64,000 nucleotides of DNA from Sandaracinaceae bacterium (GCA_044220955.1 JBGAQA010000013.1:45306-109305); one strand, 5' to 3'. Counted from the stretch's first letter, positions 37,969 through 48,608 are shown. The notes: generated by a model not told the origin, from the letters alone. Program-made: numbers and translations.

Positions 37969-40053
37969 ATGAACGCTGGAGCGAGGGCCACGGTGGCCAC
38001 CACCGTCGCGTGGCTGCTGCTGCTCGCGGCGTGCGCGCAGGAGGCGCCGCATGCGAGCGGCGCGGCGCTCTCGACTCCCGTCGCGGACGAGATCCGCGCG
38101 ATCTTCCCCCGGACGCGAGGGTGGTTTCGCATCGTCAGCGGGCTCGGCTGGGTCCAGGACGGCAGCGACGGACTGACGCCCGACTACGCCACGCTCACGC
38201 ACCCGCGCGTTCGCCGCGCCGATGGCGCCGGGCGCCGTCTCGCGCCTCGTCTCGCCAGCCACTTCGCCGGCGTGCTGCGGCTCGCCGCGGAGAGCGCCGC
38301 CGCCGCCGCCGAGGACGCGCGCGTCGAGGTCGCCCTCACGCCCGTCGGAGCGCAGGACGTCGCCGCGATTCTCGAGGACGGCCTCGTCGTGTACCGGGGC
38401 GCGTACCAGGACACCGACGTCCTCTACAAGGCGACGCCGACCCACCTCGACGAGTACCTGCTGCTCCGCACCCGCGAGGCGCCGACGCGCTGGCGCTACC
38501 GCGTGGCGAGCGCGTCCGAGGACGTCACGCTGCGGCAGGCCGGCAACTCGATCGAGGTCGTCGATCGGCAGGGCGCGAGCTGGCTCCGTGCCTCGCCTCC
38601 GGTCGCCGTCGATCGCAGCGGCGCCCGTGTGGAGGGCACGATCGTCCTCCAAGGGGACGAGATCGTGATCGAGCTCGACCTGCGCGCGCTCCAGCCTCCG
38701 ATCCTCGTCGACCCGGACTGGATGTCGACCGGCGACATGGCGTACGGGCGCTTCTACCACCAGCTGACGCCCCTCGCGGACGGGCGCTTCCTCGCGACGG
38801 GCGGCTGCTCGGCCGCGGTCTGCAGCGGCGATCTCTCGATCAGCTGCCGCACCGTCGTGCGCACCGCGGAGCGGCTCGATCTCGGGACCCGGACGTTCTC
38901 CCGCGGCGGTGACGACACCGACCCTCGCTTCTTCCACGTCGCCGCGCGGCTCGAGGACGGCACGGTCCTGGTCGCCGGTGGGTGCGCCGCCAGCGACTGC
39001 TCGACGACCCTCTCGAGCGCGTCTCTCTTCCACCCGACCGACCTCACCTTCGAGGCGGTCGGGAGCCTCGCGGAGGCCCGGGCTGGCATGGTCGTCGCGC
39101 CGCTGCCGGGCGGGCGGATCCTGATCGCGGGCGGGTGCACGAGCGGTTCGTGCACGACGCGGACCGAGGCCTACGACCCCGGAGCGCGGGCGTTCACCAC
39201 GATCGCGCCGCTCCACGTGGCGCGCGGCCGAGCGACGGCGTCGGTGCTGCCCGATGGCCGCGTCCTCGTCGCCGGTGGGTGCAGCGACATCGCGTGCGCG
39301 AACGTCGTGGCTGCGGCGGAGCTCTACGACCCCGCGCTCGATCGGTGGATCAGCCTTCCTTCGCTCGGCGCCCCGCGCGCGGGTCACTACGCCGCCGCGC
39401 TGCTCGACGGCCGAGTGCTCGTCGGCGGCGGATGCAGCACGCAGACGTGCGCGCCCGTCCTGCGAAGCGCCGAGGTCTTCGACCCGGCGCGCATGGTGTT
39501 CGATGCCGTGAGTGACATGGGCGCGGCGCGCTTCGGCGCGGTCGCTCTGCTCCTGCCCGACGGGAACGTCATGATCTCCCAGGGCTGCGAGGGTCGCGGC
39601 GTCTGCGATCTGACCAACGAGCTGTGGGAGCCTGGCGTCGGCGCGTTCCGCCCGATGGAGAGCGCGGTGACGAGCCGCGCCTTCCACGCGACGGTGCTCT
39701 CGTACGACGCGGCGATCGTCGTGGCGAACGGCGGCTGTCAGCCCGAGACCTGCTCGTGGTGGAACGAGACCTACGACGTGAGCGGCCTCGTTCGGCCCGA
39801 CGCCGCCGTCTCGCCCGACGACGCAGGCCCGCGCGACGCCGCGGTCGTGGTGGTGGTCGACGCCGGACAGGACGCCAGCCAGCGCCGCGACGCGGGGCCG
39901 CGACCGGCGCGCTACACGGAGGGATGCGCCTGTCGCCTCGCGCCTCGCGCCTCCGGCACGCACGGAGCGACGGCGGTCTCGCTCGTCCTGGTGACGCTCG
40001 TCGGCGTGCGGAGGCGGCGGCGCACGGGCCGAGCGAGCGGGGCCGCTCCGTGA
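37969..40053 (+). CDS. Kelch-repeat surface protein with MYXO-CTERM-like tail
   Basis: R..H....L.DG.VLV.GGC kelch repeats; C-terminal GCACRL...hydrophobic helix...RRRRR. Confidence 0.85.
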   Translation: MNAGARATVATTVAWLLLLAACAQEAPHASGAALSTPVADEIRAIFPRTRGWFRIVSGLGWVQDGSDGLTPDYATLTHPRVRRADGAGRRLAPRLASHFAGVLRLAAESAAAAAEDARVEVALTPVGAQDVAAILEDGLVVYRGAYQDTDVLYKATPTHLDEYLLLRTREAPTRWRYRVASASEDVTLRQAGNSIEVVDRQGASWLRASPPVAVDRSGARVEGTIVLQGDEIVIELDLRALQPPILVDPDWMSTGDMAYGRFYHQLTPLADGRFLATGGCSAAVCSGDLSISCRTVVRTAERLDLGTRTFSRGGDDTDPRFFHVAARLEDGTVLVAGGCAASDCSTTLSSASLFHPTDLTFEAVGSLAEARAGMVVAPLPGGRILIAGGCTSGSCTTRTEAYDPGARAFTTIAPLHVARGRATASVLPDGRVLVAGGCSDIACANVVAAAELYDPALDRWISLPSLGAPRAGHYAAALLDGRVLVGGGCSTQTCAPVLRSAEVFDPARMVFDAVSDMGAARFGAVALLLPDGNVMISQGCEGRGVCDLTNELWEPGVGAFRPMESAVTSRAFHATVLSYDAAIVVANGGCQPETCSWWNETYDVSGLVRPDAAVSPDDAGPRDAAVVVVVDAGQDASQRRDAGPRPARYTEGCACRLAPRASGTHGATAVSLVLVTLVGVRRRRRTGRASGAAP

Positions 40054-40727
40054 CGAGGAGGGGCGCGCTCGTCGCCCTGGTGCTCGCAGCCCTGGTGTGT
40101 GCAGGGTGCCGAGGCGGCGCGGCCGTCGACGCGGGCAGCGACGCGGGGCGGAGGCGCCGGCGTTGCGACGCGGCGACGGCGGACGCAGGCGCCGACGGCG
40201 CGGCGACGATCGACGCAGCGATGGACGCCACCGCGCCGATGGACGCCTCGCTCGATGCGCCGACACTCGACGCGCCGGCGGACGGCGTCACACCGACGGA
40301 CGCCTCCGACGCGTGGGTCGACCCGGACGCTCCGGCCGACGTCGGGAGCGACTCCCCCGACACCAGCGAGGACACCGGCGAGGTCGCGATCAACGGCTGC
40401 ACACGCGCGGGCGCGCTCGACCTACGTGGGATGGCGAGCGCCACCGTCACGTTCGGCGGCACGACCGGGATCGCGTACGCGCCGCCTTGCATCGTCGTCG
40501 ACGTCGGGACGGTGGTGACCTTCGAGGGCCGCTTCGACAGCCACCCCCTGCAGGGAGGTGTCGCCGAGGGCGGCACCGTCGATCCCGCCACGAGCGGTCC
40601 CTTCGCCGTCCTGACCAGCACCGGGACGAGTCACTCGTTCACGATGGACGCGGCCGGCACTTACCCGTATTTCTGCACCGTGCACGCCTGGTTCGGCGGC
40701 ATGAGAGGTGTAGTGTTCGTGGAGTGA
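40050..40727 (+). CDS. Cupredoxin (plastocyanin/azurin-like) lipoprotein
   Basis: Lipobox, Asp/Ala linker, SHPL and YFCTVH....MRG type-1 copper ligands. Confidence 0.85.
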   Translation: MTRRGALVALVLAALVCAGCRGGAAVDAGSDAGRRRRRCDAATADAGADGAATIDAAMDATAPMDASLDAPTLDAPADGVTPTDASDAWVDPDAPADVGSDSPDTSEDTGEVAINGCTRAGALDLRGMASATVTFGGTTGIAYAPPCIVVDVGTVVTFEGRFDSHPLQGGVAEGGTVDPATSGPFAVLTSTGTSHSFTMDAAGTYPYFCTVHAWFGGMRGVVFVE

Positions 40728-40767
40728 GGCTCGCAGATCGGATGTCGCCGAGCGTGCGGGAGCGTGC

Positions 40768-42066
40768 TTGAGCGACCCATGGGAAGTCGACTCGCAGCGA
40801 GTCGTCATCGTCGGGATGGGCGCCGCGGGGCTCGCGGCGGCGCTCGCCGCGCGGCATGCCGGCGCGCGCGTGCTGGTGATCGCCGCCGGGGAGGGGGCGA
40901 GCGGCGTCGCGAGCGGCACGTGGGACCTCGACACGGACCCGTCGGTGCAGCTCGCTGCGGATGCGCGCTCGCTCTCCGATCTGCTCACCGACCTCGCGCG
41001 CGCTCGGCCGGCGCATCCGCTCGCCGGGCCCGCGAGCCGGCCCGCGCTCGCGGCGCTGCTCGGCGAGCTCGAGCGGGCCCTGCCCGGCCTCGTCGCAGCT
41101 TCCCTCGAGGGCGAGCGCGCGCTCGTGGCCACCGAGCTGGGCCTGTTCCGGCGGCCGGCGCTGCGCCAGGACGCCCTGCTCGATCTCGGGGCGTTCTCGC
41201 GCGCGCGGATCGGAGTCGCGCGCTTGCCGTCACTGCACGGCCTCGATCCCGGGCTCGTGGCGGCCTCGCTCGAGGAGCTGGCGGTCGACGCCGGGCGTGC
41301 GCTGCGCTTCGCGCCCGTCGACGTGGGGCTCGAGGGGCCCGCCGACCTCGTGGAGCTCGCGCGCCGCCTCGACGCGCCGGCGGGACGAGAGCGCCTCGCG
41401 CAGGCGTTGCGCGATGCGCTCGTCGAGACGCCCTGCGACGCCGTCCTCTTGCCGCCGATCCTCGGCGTCGAGCGCTCCGACGTCCGCGCGATCGTGCAAG
41501 CCGCGGTGGGCCGGCCCGTGGGCGAGATGAGCGCTTCGGTCGCGGGCCCGCAGGCGATGCGCCCCAGCGCAGCCATCGCGCGCGCGCTCGCGGCGGTGGG
41601 AGTGACGCAGCGCGCGGCGTCGGTGTGCGCGGTGGAGGTCGAGCCGGATGGATTGCTCCTGACGCTCGCCGACGAGCCCTCCCCGCACGCGAAGAGCACG
41701 ACGCTCCGCGCCCGTGTCGTGGTCCTGGCGACCGGCAAGCAGCCGACCGCGAGCCTGCTCTCCGCGGAGGGGCTCTGGCGCGAGCCGCTCGCAGGTCTGC
41801 CGATGTACGAACGAGGCCAGCCGCTCGGGCCGCGCGCCCTCGCGGACGCGGTCGTCGGTGTCCAGGTCGACGCCGAGATGCGCCCGCGGGCCGAGGGTGG
41901 GGAGCTGCTCTCGGAACACCTCTTCGCGTGCGGCGCCCTGCTCGACGGCATCGACGTGCTGGGGGTGGGCGCGGGCCGGGTCGGCGCGGCGCTCAGCGGA
42001 TGGCTCGCTGGTGCTGGCGCGGGCCGGCGCGTCCACCGACGCCACCCGGACGACCGAGACGGCTGA
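40768..42066 (+). CDS. glpB: FAD-binding protein, anaerobic glycerol-3-phosphate dehydrogenase subunit B-like
   Basis: IVGMGAAGLAAA, VLLPPILG, VGEM, VVLATGK, GVQVD..MRP, LFACGALL, G.G.A..SGW.AG. Confidence 0.65.
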   Translation: MSDPWEVDSQRVVIVGMGAAGLAAALAARHAGARVLVIAAGEGASGVASGTWDLDTDPSVQLAADARSLSDLLTDLARARPAHPLAGPASRPALAALLGELERALPGLVAASLEGERALVATELGLFRRPALRQDALLDLGAFSRARIGVARLPSLHGLDPGLVAASLEELAVDAGRALRFAPVDVGLEGPADLVELARRLDAPAGRERLAQALRDALVETPCDAVLLPPILGVERSDVRAIVQAAVGRPVGEMSASVAGPQAMRPSAAIARALAAVGVTQRAASVCAVEVEPDGLLLTLADEPSPHAKSTTLRARVVVLATGKQPTASLLSAEGLWREPLAGLPMYERGQPLGPRALADAVVGVQVDAEMRPRAEGGELLSEHLFACGALLDGIDVLGVGAGRVGAALSGWLAGAGAGRRVHRRHPDDRDG

Positions 42067-42130
42067 ATTCGTTGCGTCGCTTCGCGCTGCGCGGCGAGGA
42101 CCCGGGTCCCGTGATGTACACTCGGCTCCA

Positions 42131-42433
42131 ATGCGCGTCGCGATCTCGGCACTGGTGGGCGGCTCGGGGGTGTGCGTCGCGCTCGCGCGCGCCCAGCTCT
42201 GGCTCGCGGCGATCGTGGTCGGGCTCGTCTTCGCCGTGATCGCGTTCTCCGCGATGGGCGCGTCGCTCGGCGAGCGCTTCGAGACGCCGGACCTCGGCTG
42301 GGGCACGACCGACGTCGGCCTCGGCGCGATGCTGCGCGTGCAGCGCACGCCCTCGTGGCTCGGAGCCTGGTTGGGCATGATCCCCGTCTTGCTCTTCGTG
42401 ACGGTGCTGATCGTGATGGCCCACTCCGGCTGA
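42131..42433 (+). CDS. Small membrane protein, hypothetical
   Basis: About 3 hydrophobic segments; TACACT 8 nt upstream of ATG. Confidence 0.6.
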   Translation: MRVAISALVGGSGVCVALARAQLWLAAIVVGLVFAVIAFSAMGASLGERFETPDLGWGTTDVGLGAMLRVQRTPSWLGAWLGMIPVLLFVTVLIVMAHSG

Positions 42434-42651
42434 GCCGTGGCCCTGCGGCGGACCGGCGAGAAGGGCGGATGCGTCAGGTCAGCCCCTTCTGGGATCCCGT
42501 CCTCACGGGAACGATCCGCGGACCGATGACGAATGCGTCACCGCCGGAGCTCGTCCCCGCGTGTCGCGACGAAACCGCGAGCGCCGCACGGAGCCGCGAA
42601 TCCCCGCCGCCGTCGCGCGGGCCCTGGTAGGATCGCGGGCCTTTCTCTCGC

Positions 42652-45600
42652 ATGTCCACTCCGACCTCGCCGCCTCCTGCACAGCTCGGGCGCTACAAGA
42701 TCCTGCGCCGCCTGGGCGCCGGCGGCATGGCCGAGGTGTTCCTCGCGAAGGTGACCGGCGCCGAGGGGCTCGAGAAGGTTCTCGTCGTCAAGCGCATCCT
42801 GGAGGCGTTCGCGCGCTCGCCGAAGTTCCTCGCGATGTTCGTCGACGAGGCGAAGCTCGCGCTCCGCCTGAACCACCCGAACATCGTGCAGGTCTACGCG
42901 TTCGAGCCCGTCAAGGACGAGCTGCTCCTCGCGATGGAGTACGTCGACGGAATGGACCTCGGCCGGCTCGTGTCGGCCGCGCGCCGCCGCAACCAGCGGA
43001 TCCCGCACGCGCTCGCCGCGCTCGTCGTCTCGGAGGTCGCCAAGGGCCTCGACTACGCTCACAACCGCAAGGACGAGTCGGGCGTGCCGATGGAGATCGT
43101 GCACCGCGACGTGTCGCCGCAGAACGTGCTCGTCTCGCACGAGGGCGCGGTGAAGATCGCCGACTTCGGGATCGCGCGCGCGCGGATGATCACGGAGGAG
43201 ACCGGGATCATCAAAGGGAAGTTCTCGTACATGTCGCCCGAGCAGGCGCGCGGCTCGCGCGTCGACCGGCGGAGCGACGTGTACGCGCTCGGCGTGATGC
43301 TGGCCGAGCTCCTGATGGGGCGCGCGATGTACCCGGGCATCCAGGGCATGGAGGTGCTCGAGCAGGTGCGCGACGGGCGCGTCACCAAGCCGAGCAGCGT
43401 CGACAGGGCAGTGCCGCCCGCGCTCGAGGCGATCGCGATGCGCGCGATGGCCTTCGATCGCGAGGAGCGCTTCCAGACGGCGCGCTCGCTCGCGGGCGCG
43501 CTCAGCCGCTGGCTGCACGAGCAGGACGAGGTGGTCGACCTCACCGAGCTCGAGCGCTTCGTCGGCGAGCTGGCGCCGCGCGAGCCGACGATGATCGTCG
43601 AGGCGCCCGTGCCCATGGAGGCGACCATGCTCTCCATGCCGAGCGGCCTGCCCTCGCCCGGGCACCGCGACGTGCGCGAGCGCCGCGGCGTCGTCGTCGT
43701 CGGCGGGCGCCTCCGACAGCGGCAGCCGGAGACGGGCAGCGGCTCCGTGAGCCTCGACACCGAGGATGGTGCGCAGGAGCACCTCGAGCAGGCCACGCGC
43801 GTGCTCTCGGACATCGCCTACAAGTACGACGCCATCCTCGAGTGGCCCGGTGGCGCCGACCGTCGCGAGTTCCGGCTCATCATCGGCCTCGGCAAGACGA
43901 CCGTGGACGATCCGCTCCACGCGTGCCGCCTCGCGCTCGACGTGCTCGAGGCCCTGAGTGGCCTCTCGGCCGACGCGATCGCCCCGATCCACGCCTCGCT
44001 CGGGCTCTCGCGCGGCGCGGTGACCATCGTGCGCGGCGGCGCGGGCCGCGCGCGCCACGAGCCCACCGACGAGGTCTTCGACGTGGCGGCGCGTCTGGCG
44101 CGCGAGGCCGGAATCGACGAGGTGTTCGCGAGCGGCGAGGTGTTCCGGCTCGCGCGGCGCGTGTTCCGCTTCGCCGAAGAGCGGCGCGAGGTCACGGTGA
44201 AGGACGGGACGACGTTGCGCGCGCATCGGCTCGTCGGCGCGCGCACGCGGGACGAGCGGAGCGAGGAGCAACGCAGCGTCGCGACGCAGGCGGGCCTGTT
44301 CGGCCGCGCGCACGAGCTCGAGGCGATCGCCGAGCTCCTCGCGGAGAGCGCGTCTTCGAAGAAGAGCGCGCAGCTCCTGCTCGTGGGCGAGCTCGGCGTC
44401 GGCAAGACCGCGCTGCTCTCCGCCGCGTTCCTGCGCTCGAAGGGGACCAGCGTCCTGCGCGTCGACTGCGCGTTCGGCGCCAGCGACGTGCCCAACGCGG
44501 CCGTCGCCGATCTCGTGCGCGAGGCCACGGGAATCGCCGAGAGCGCCGCGCCCGACACGGCGCTCGCCCAGCTGCGCGAGCGGCTGCGCCGGATCCTGCC
44601 CGGCACCGAGCGCCAGAAGAACGCGCTCGCCGCCTTCGAGCCGCTCCTCGGCGGCACCCGCTCCCGCGAGACCGAGGCGGGCGACCGCGCGCAGCTCCTC
44701 GCGCGGGGAGTGCGGGACCTCGTCGGAGCGCTCGCCGCGCGCGGGCCGACGGTCCTCTGGATCGACTCGGCGCAGTTCATCGACCAGGCGAGCCGCGAGA
44801 TCCTCGTGCGGCTCGCCACCCAGACCCACGAGCGCCCGCTCCTCATCGTCGTGAGCACGCGGCCCGACCCGCGCCTCGAGGAGGCCCTGCGGGGCCTGCC
44901 TCGGATCGACCTCGGCGAGCTCGCCGAGGACGACCGACGCGCGCTCATCGCCGCGCACTTCGTCGGTCCCGACGGAGCGGGCGCGACGGTGCCGCCGGAG
45001 GTCGCGCAGGCGATCGTGTCGCGGGCCGGCGGCAACCCCTTCTTCCTCGAGGAGCTGCTCGACGCGCTCGTCGAGCGCGGCGTGCTCGAGGTCGAGGGTG
45101 AGGGTGCCGAGCGGCGTGTCGTCCGAAAGGGCGCGGGCGCCTTCGCCCTCCCCGCGTCGCTCGAGGACGTGATCGCCGCGCGCATCGCCGATCTCGCCGA
45201 CCGCGAGCGCGTGACCTTGCGCTGGCTCGCCGTGGTCGGGGCGGGGCTGCGCGAGCACCAGGTCTCGGAGCTGATGGGCACCGACGCGATCGAGTCGCTG
45301 CGCGAGCTCGAGACGCGCGGCCTCGTCGAGCGCCACGACGGCGGCACGCTCCACTTCGCGAGCGGCGTCGTGCGACAGGTCGCCTACGAGAGCGCCGATC
45401 CCGCGGATCGCGCGCGGATGCACCGGCGCGTCGCGGCCTACCTCGCGGGGCTGCCGGCGCACGTGGCGCCCGCGCGCATCGCCAAGCACCACGAGCTCGC
45501 GTTCGAGCCGCTGGAGGCTGCGCGCTATTACCGCGCTGCAGGCCTGGCGGCGCGGGCTGCGTACTCGAACAAGGACGCGCTCCGCTTCCTGGCGCGCTCT

Positions 45601-46908
45601 CTCGCGCTGCTTCCCGACTCCGCGCCGGAGCGCTTCGAGCTGCACGCCGAGCGGGAGCAGATCCTGCGCGTGGCGAGCCGCCGCGGCGAGCAGCGCACCG
45701 AGCTCGAGGCGATGCGTCAGCTCGCCGAGCGGCAGCGGGATCCTGCGCGCATCGCCCTCGCGTTCGCGCGCCTCGCGCGCCACGACCTGGACGCCGCGCG
45801 GACGGCGGGCGTGGAGGCGCTCCTCCGCCGCTCGCTCGACGCCTCCATCGAGGCCGGCGCGCGCGCGGCCGAGGTGGAGTCGCTGCGCCTTCTCGGGCAG
45901 CTCCGTCGCGACCTGGGCGACACCGAAGGCGCGCTCGAGGCGTTCGATCGGGCGCTCGCGCGAGCCGGGCTCGATCACGAGCACCTCTCGGCGCGCGGCA
46001 TGACCCTCGTGCAGAAGGCGAGCCTGCTCTGGCGCAACGGCAGCTACGACCGTGCGGTCGAGTCGGCCGCGGAGGGTCTGGCGATCGCGCGGCGCCAGGG
46101 ACACAAGGGCCACCAGGCGTCGGCGCTCAACCTCATCGGCGTCTCGCTCGCCAGCCAGGGCGCGTTCGAGGACGCGATCGCCTGCATCCGCGCGAGCATC
46201 GTGCTCGACCGGGCCGCCGGCGACCGGATCTACGTCGGCCGCAAGTGCAGCAACGTCGGGCAGATGCACGCGGAGCTCGGCGACACCGAGCGCGCCCTCG
46301 AGCTGATCGGGCGCGCGCTCGAGGTCTTCGATCGCGCGGACGACCTGCCCGCGCGGACGGACACGCTCGCGGCGCTCGCGGAGATCCTCCTCGAGCAGAG
46401 GGGCGAGGTGGACGAGGCGCGGCGCGCGCTCGACGACTCGCTGCGCATCGCGACGCGCCTCGGCGATCCGAACGACCTCGCGCACGAGCGCGTCGTGCGC
46501 GCGGAGATCCACCTCCGCCAGCACGAGTACGAGGACGTCCGGGCGGCGGCGGAGGAGGCGGCGCGCTGGGCGCGGACCGCGGGCACCGCGGGCTACGAGC
46601 TGCAGGGCAAGGCGCTGCAGGCCGTCGCCCTCGCGACGCTCGGCCACCAGCAGGAGGCGCTCGCCATGCTCGACGAGGCGGAGAAGGCGACCCGCTCGGG
46701 ACCCGTCGAGCGTGGAGAGCGCGTGCTCGGGTGGCTGGCGCGCGCGGCGCGCTGTCTCGGCGACCGCGATCGCGCGCGCGCTCTGGCGATACGCGCCGAG
46801 GGCTTCGTGGTCGCCCGCGCAGAGCACCTTCGCGATCCGCAGCTGCGCGAGCGCTACCTCGAGAGCCCGGTCGTGACGGCCGTACGCGAGGAGCTGGCCT
46901 CCTCGTGA
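42652..46908 (+). CDS. Ser/Thr kinase - degenerate class III cyclase - AAA/STAND-like ATPase - TPR multidomain protein
   Basis: LGAGGMAEV, HRDVSPQN, DFGIA, YMSPEQ; GELGVGKT, WIDSAQFID, GGNPFFLEEL; C-terminal TPR-like helices. Confidence 0.92.
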   Translation: MSTPTSPPPAQLGRYKILRRLGAGGMAEVFLAKVTGAEGLEKVLVVKRILEAFARSPKFLAMFVDEAKLALRLNHPNIVQVYAFEPVKDELLLAMEYVDGMDLGRLVSAARRRNQRIPHALAALVVSEVAKGLDYAHNRKDESGVPMEIVHRDVSPQNVLVSHEGAVKIADFGIARARMITEETGIIKGKFSYMSPEQARGSRVDRRSDVYALGVMLAELLMGRAMYPGIQGMEVLEQVRDGRVTKPSSVDRAVPPALEAIAMRAMAFDREERFQTARSLAGALSRWLHEQDEVVDLTELERFVGELAPREPTMIVEAPVPMEATMLSMPSGLPSPGHRDVRERRGVVVVGGRLRQRQPETGSGSVSLDTEDGAQEHLEQATRVLSDIAYKYDAILEWPGGADRREFRLIIGLGKTTVDDPLHACRLALDVLEALSGLSADAIAPIHASLGLSRGAVTIVRGGAGRARHEPTDEVFDVAARLAREAGIDEVFASGEVFRLARRVFRFAEERREVTVKDGTTLRAHRLVGARTRDERSEEQRSVATQAGLFGRAHELEAIAELLAESASSKKSAQLLLVGELGVGKTALLSAAFLRSKGTSVLRVDCAFGASDVPNAAVADLVREATGIAESAAPDTALAQLRERLRRILPGTERQKNALAAFEPLLGGTRSRETEAGDRAQLLARGVRDLVGALAARGPTVLWIDSAQFIDQASREILVRLATQTHERPLLIVVSTRPDPRLEEALRGLPRIDLGELAEDDRRALIAAHFVGPDGAGATVPPEVAQAIVSRAGGNPFFLEELLDALVERGVLEVEGEGAERRVVRKGAGAFALPASLEDVIAARIADLADRERVTLRWLAVVGAGLREHQVSELMGTDAIESLRELETRGLVERHDGGTLHFASGVVRQVAYESADPADRARMHRRVAAYLAGLPAHVAPARIAKHHELAFEPLEAARYYRAAGLAARAAYSNKDALRFLARSLALLPDSAPERFELHAEREQILRVASRRGEQRTELEAMRQLAERQRDPARIALAFARLARHDLDAARTAGVEALLRRSLDASIEAGARAAEVESLRLLGQLRRDLGDTEGALEAFDRALARAGLDHEHLSARGMTLVQKASLLWRNGSYDRAVESAAEGLAIARRQGHKGHQASALNLIGVSLASQGAFEDAIACIRASIVLDRAAGDRIYVGRKCSNVGQMHAELGDTERALELIGRALEVFDRADDLPARTDTLAALAEILLEQRGEVDEARRALDDSLRIATRLGDPNDLAHERVVRAEIHLRQHEYEDVRAAAEEAARWARTAGTAGYELQGKALQAVALATLGHQQEALAMLDEAEKATRSGPVERGERVLGWLARAARCLGDRDRARALAIRAEGFVVARAEHLRDPQLRERYLESPVVTAVREELASS

Positions 46909-48146
46909 TGCCCTTCGAGCGCGCGAGCATGCCGCCGCCCTCGGTGCACCGGGGCATCGCCGCGATCGTGCTCTCGGGCGGCGGGGCGCGCGGCGCGTAC
47001 GAGGCCGGCGTGCTGCGCTACGTCTTCGGCGAGCTCCGCCAGCGCTACGGCGAGCCGCGCATCGACGTCGTGAGCGGCACGAGCGTCGGCGCCATCAACG
47101 GCGCGTTCCTCGCGTCGGTCATCCACGACGTGGGCCCGGGCGTGGAGCGCCTGAACAAGCTCTGGAGCGACCTCGAGCTCGATCGCGTGCTCGGGTTCGG
47201 CGTCGGCCAGGCCGTGCGCCTGCCGCGCGTGCTCTCGGGCGGGAGCGACGGCGCGGGCATCTTCGACGTCACGCCGCTGACGAAGATCGTCGGGCAGAAC
47301 CTGCGCTGGGCCGACCTCGCGCGGAACGTGCGGCGCGGGCGCCTGCGCGCGCTCACGATCAGCGCCACCCACGTCGCGACCGGACGCCCCTGGTGCTTCG
47401 TCGATCGCGCGCCCGACGTGCCGCTGCCCTCCGGGCTGCCGCCGACGATGGTGGTGCGCGCCGATCGCATCGGCCCCGAGCACGTGCTCGCGAGCGCGGC
47501 CATCCCGGTGCTCTTCCCGCCGGTCCCCGTGCACGGCGACCTCTACGTCGACGGCGGCCTGCGTCTGAACACGCCGATGTCGCCGGCGATCCACATGGGC
47601 GCCCGGCGCGTGCTCGTGATCGGGCTGATGGCGGCACCCACCGCGCCCGCGACACCGGCCTTCGCGCCAGGCGTGTTCCCGGGGATCGCGTTCCTCCTCG
47701 GCAAGATGATGAACGCGTTCCTGCTCGATCACGTCAACGCGGACTTCTACGAGCTCGAGCGCGTGAATCGCATGCTCGACGACGGTATGGCGATCTACGG
47801 CCAGGACTTCGTCGACAAGCTGAACGAGCGCGCCGTGACGCATGGGCGCGCGCCGCGCGAGCGCATCCACGCGCTGGCGATCCACCCGAGCGAGGACATC
47901 GGGCGGCTCGCCGCGACGCACCTGCGCAAGCACCGCGCGCGCTTCGGCAAGTTCCTCGGCCGGACGCTGCTCCGGCTGCTGGACATCGGCGAGGGCGCCG
48001 ACGCCGATCTCGTGAGCTACCTGCTCTTCGACGGCGGCTTCGCGCGCGACCTGATGGATCTCGGCGAGCGCGACGCGCGCGCGAGGGAGGCCGAGCTCGC
48101 GCGCTTCTTCTTCGAGAGCGCGAGCCCGCTCGTCCCCTCGCCCTGA
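46908..48146 (+). CDS. Patatin-like phospholipase
   Basis: LSGGGARGAY, GTSVG, ASAAIP.LFP, DGG; TGATG overlap with the kinase gene. Confidence 0.92.
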   Translation: MPFERASMPPPSVHRGIAAIVLSGGGARGAYEAGVLRYVFGELRQRYGEPRIDVVSGTSVGAINGAFLASVIHDVGPGVERLNKLWSDLELDRVLGFGVGQAVRLPRVLSGGSDGAGIFDVTPLTKIVGQNLRWADLARNVRRGRLRALTISATHVATGRPWCFVDRAPDVPLPSGLPPTMVVRADRIGPEHVLASAAIPVLFPPVPVHGDLYVDGGLRLNTPMSPAIHMGARRVLVIGLMAAPTAPATPAFAPGVFPGIAFLLGKMMNAFLLDHVNADFYELERVNRMLDDGMAIYGQDFVDKLNERAVTHGRAPRERIHALAIHPSEDIGRLAATHLRKHRARFGKFLGRTLLRLLDIGEGADADLVSYLLFDGGFARDLMDLGERDARAREAELARFFFESASPLVPSP

Positions 48147-48162
48147 TCGGACCTCGTCCTCT

Positions 48163-48316
48163 TCAGGCCCGCGAGATCCGTCCGCTCGCCACGCCCTCTC
48201 TCAGCCGCGTCATCTCGACGGTCTCCGCGAGCACGATCAGCGTCGAGCCGCTCACGAGCGTGAACTCCGGGTCCGGGTTGTACTCGTAGCGGCCGTCGGG
48301 CATGCGCACCGCGATC
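48163..48316 (-). repeat. 154-bp direct repeat, copy 1: orphaned 3' end of the K+ channel gene
   Basis: Matches 54507-54660 at 150 of 154 positions by manual alignment; includes the stop codon. Confidence 0.95.
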
Positions 48317-48320
48317 GATC

Positions 48321-48608
48321 ATGAACATCATGCTCGTCGCCGTGACGGAGCGGACGCGCGAGATCGGGATGCGCACGGCCATCGGCGCGCGCGCGAGCGA
48401 CGTGATGCTGCAATTCCTCATCGAGGCGATCAGGCTCTCCCTGGTCGGCGGCGTCACCGGCATCATCCTCGGGCTCGGCGACAGCTACGGCGCCACGCGC
48501 TACCTCGGGATCCCCTTCGTGGCAGGCTACGACGTCATTGCGGGCGCGTACTTCTTCGCGGGCCTGGTGGGGATCTCCCGCAGTAGCCCGCCGACGCAGC
48601 AGCGTTGA
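48321..48608 (+). pseudogene. C-terminal fragment of a MacB/FtsX-like ABC permease
   Basis: [22 protein letters not shown]...DV..QFLIEA; N-terminal part missing at the repeat junction. Confidence 0.85.
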
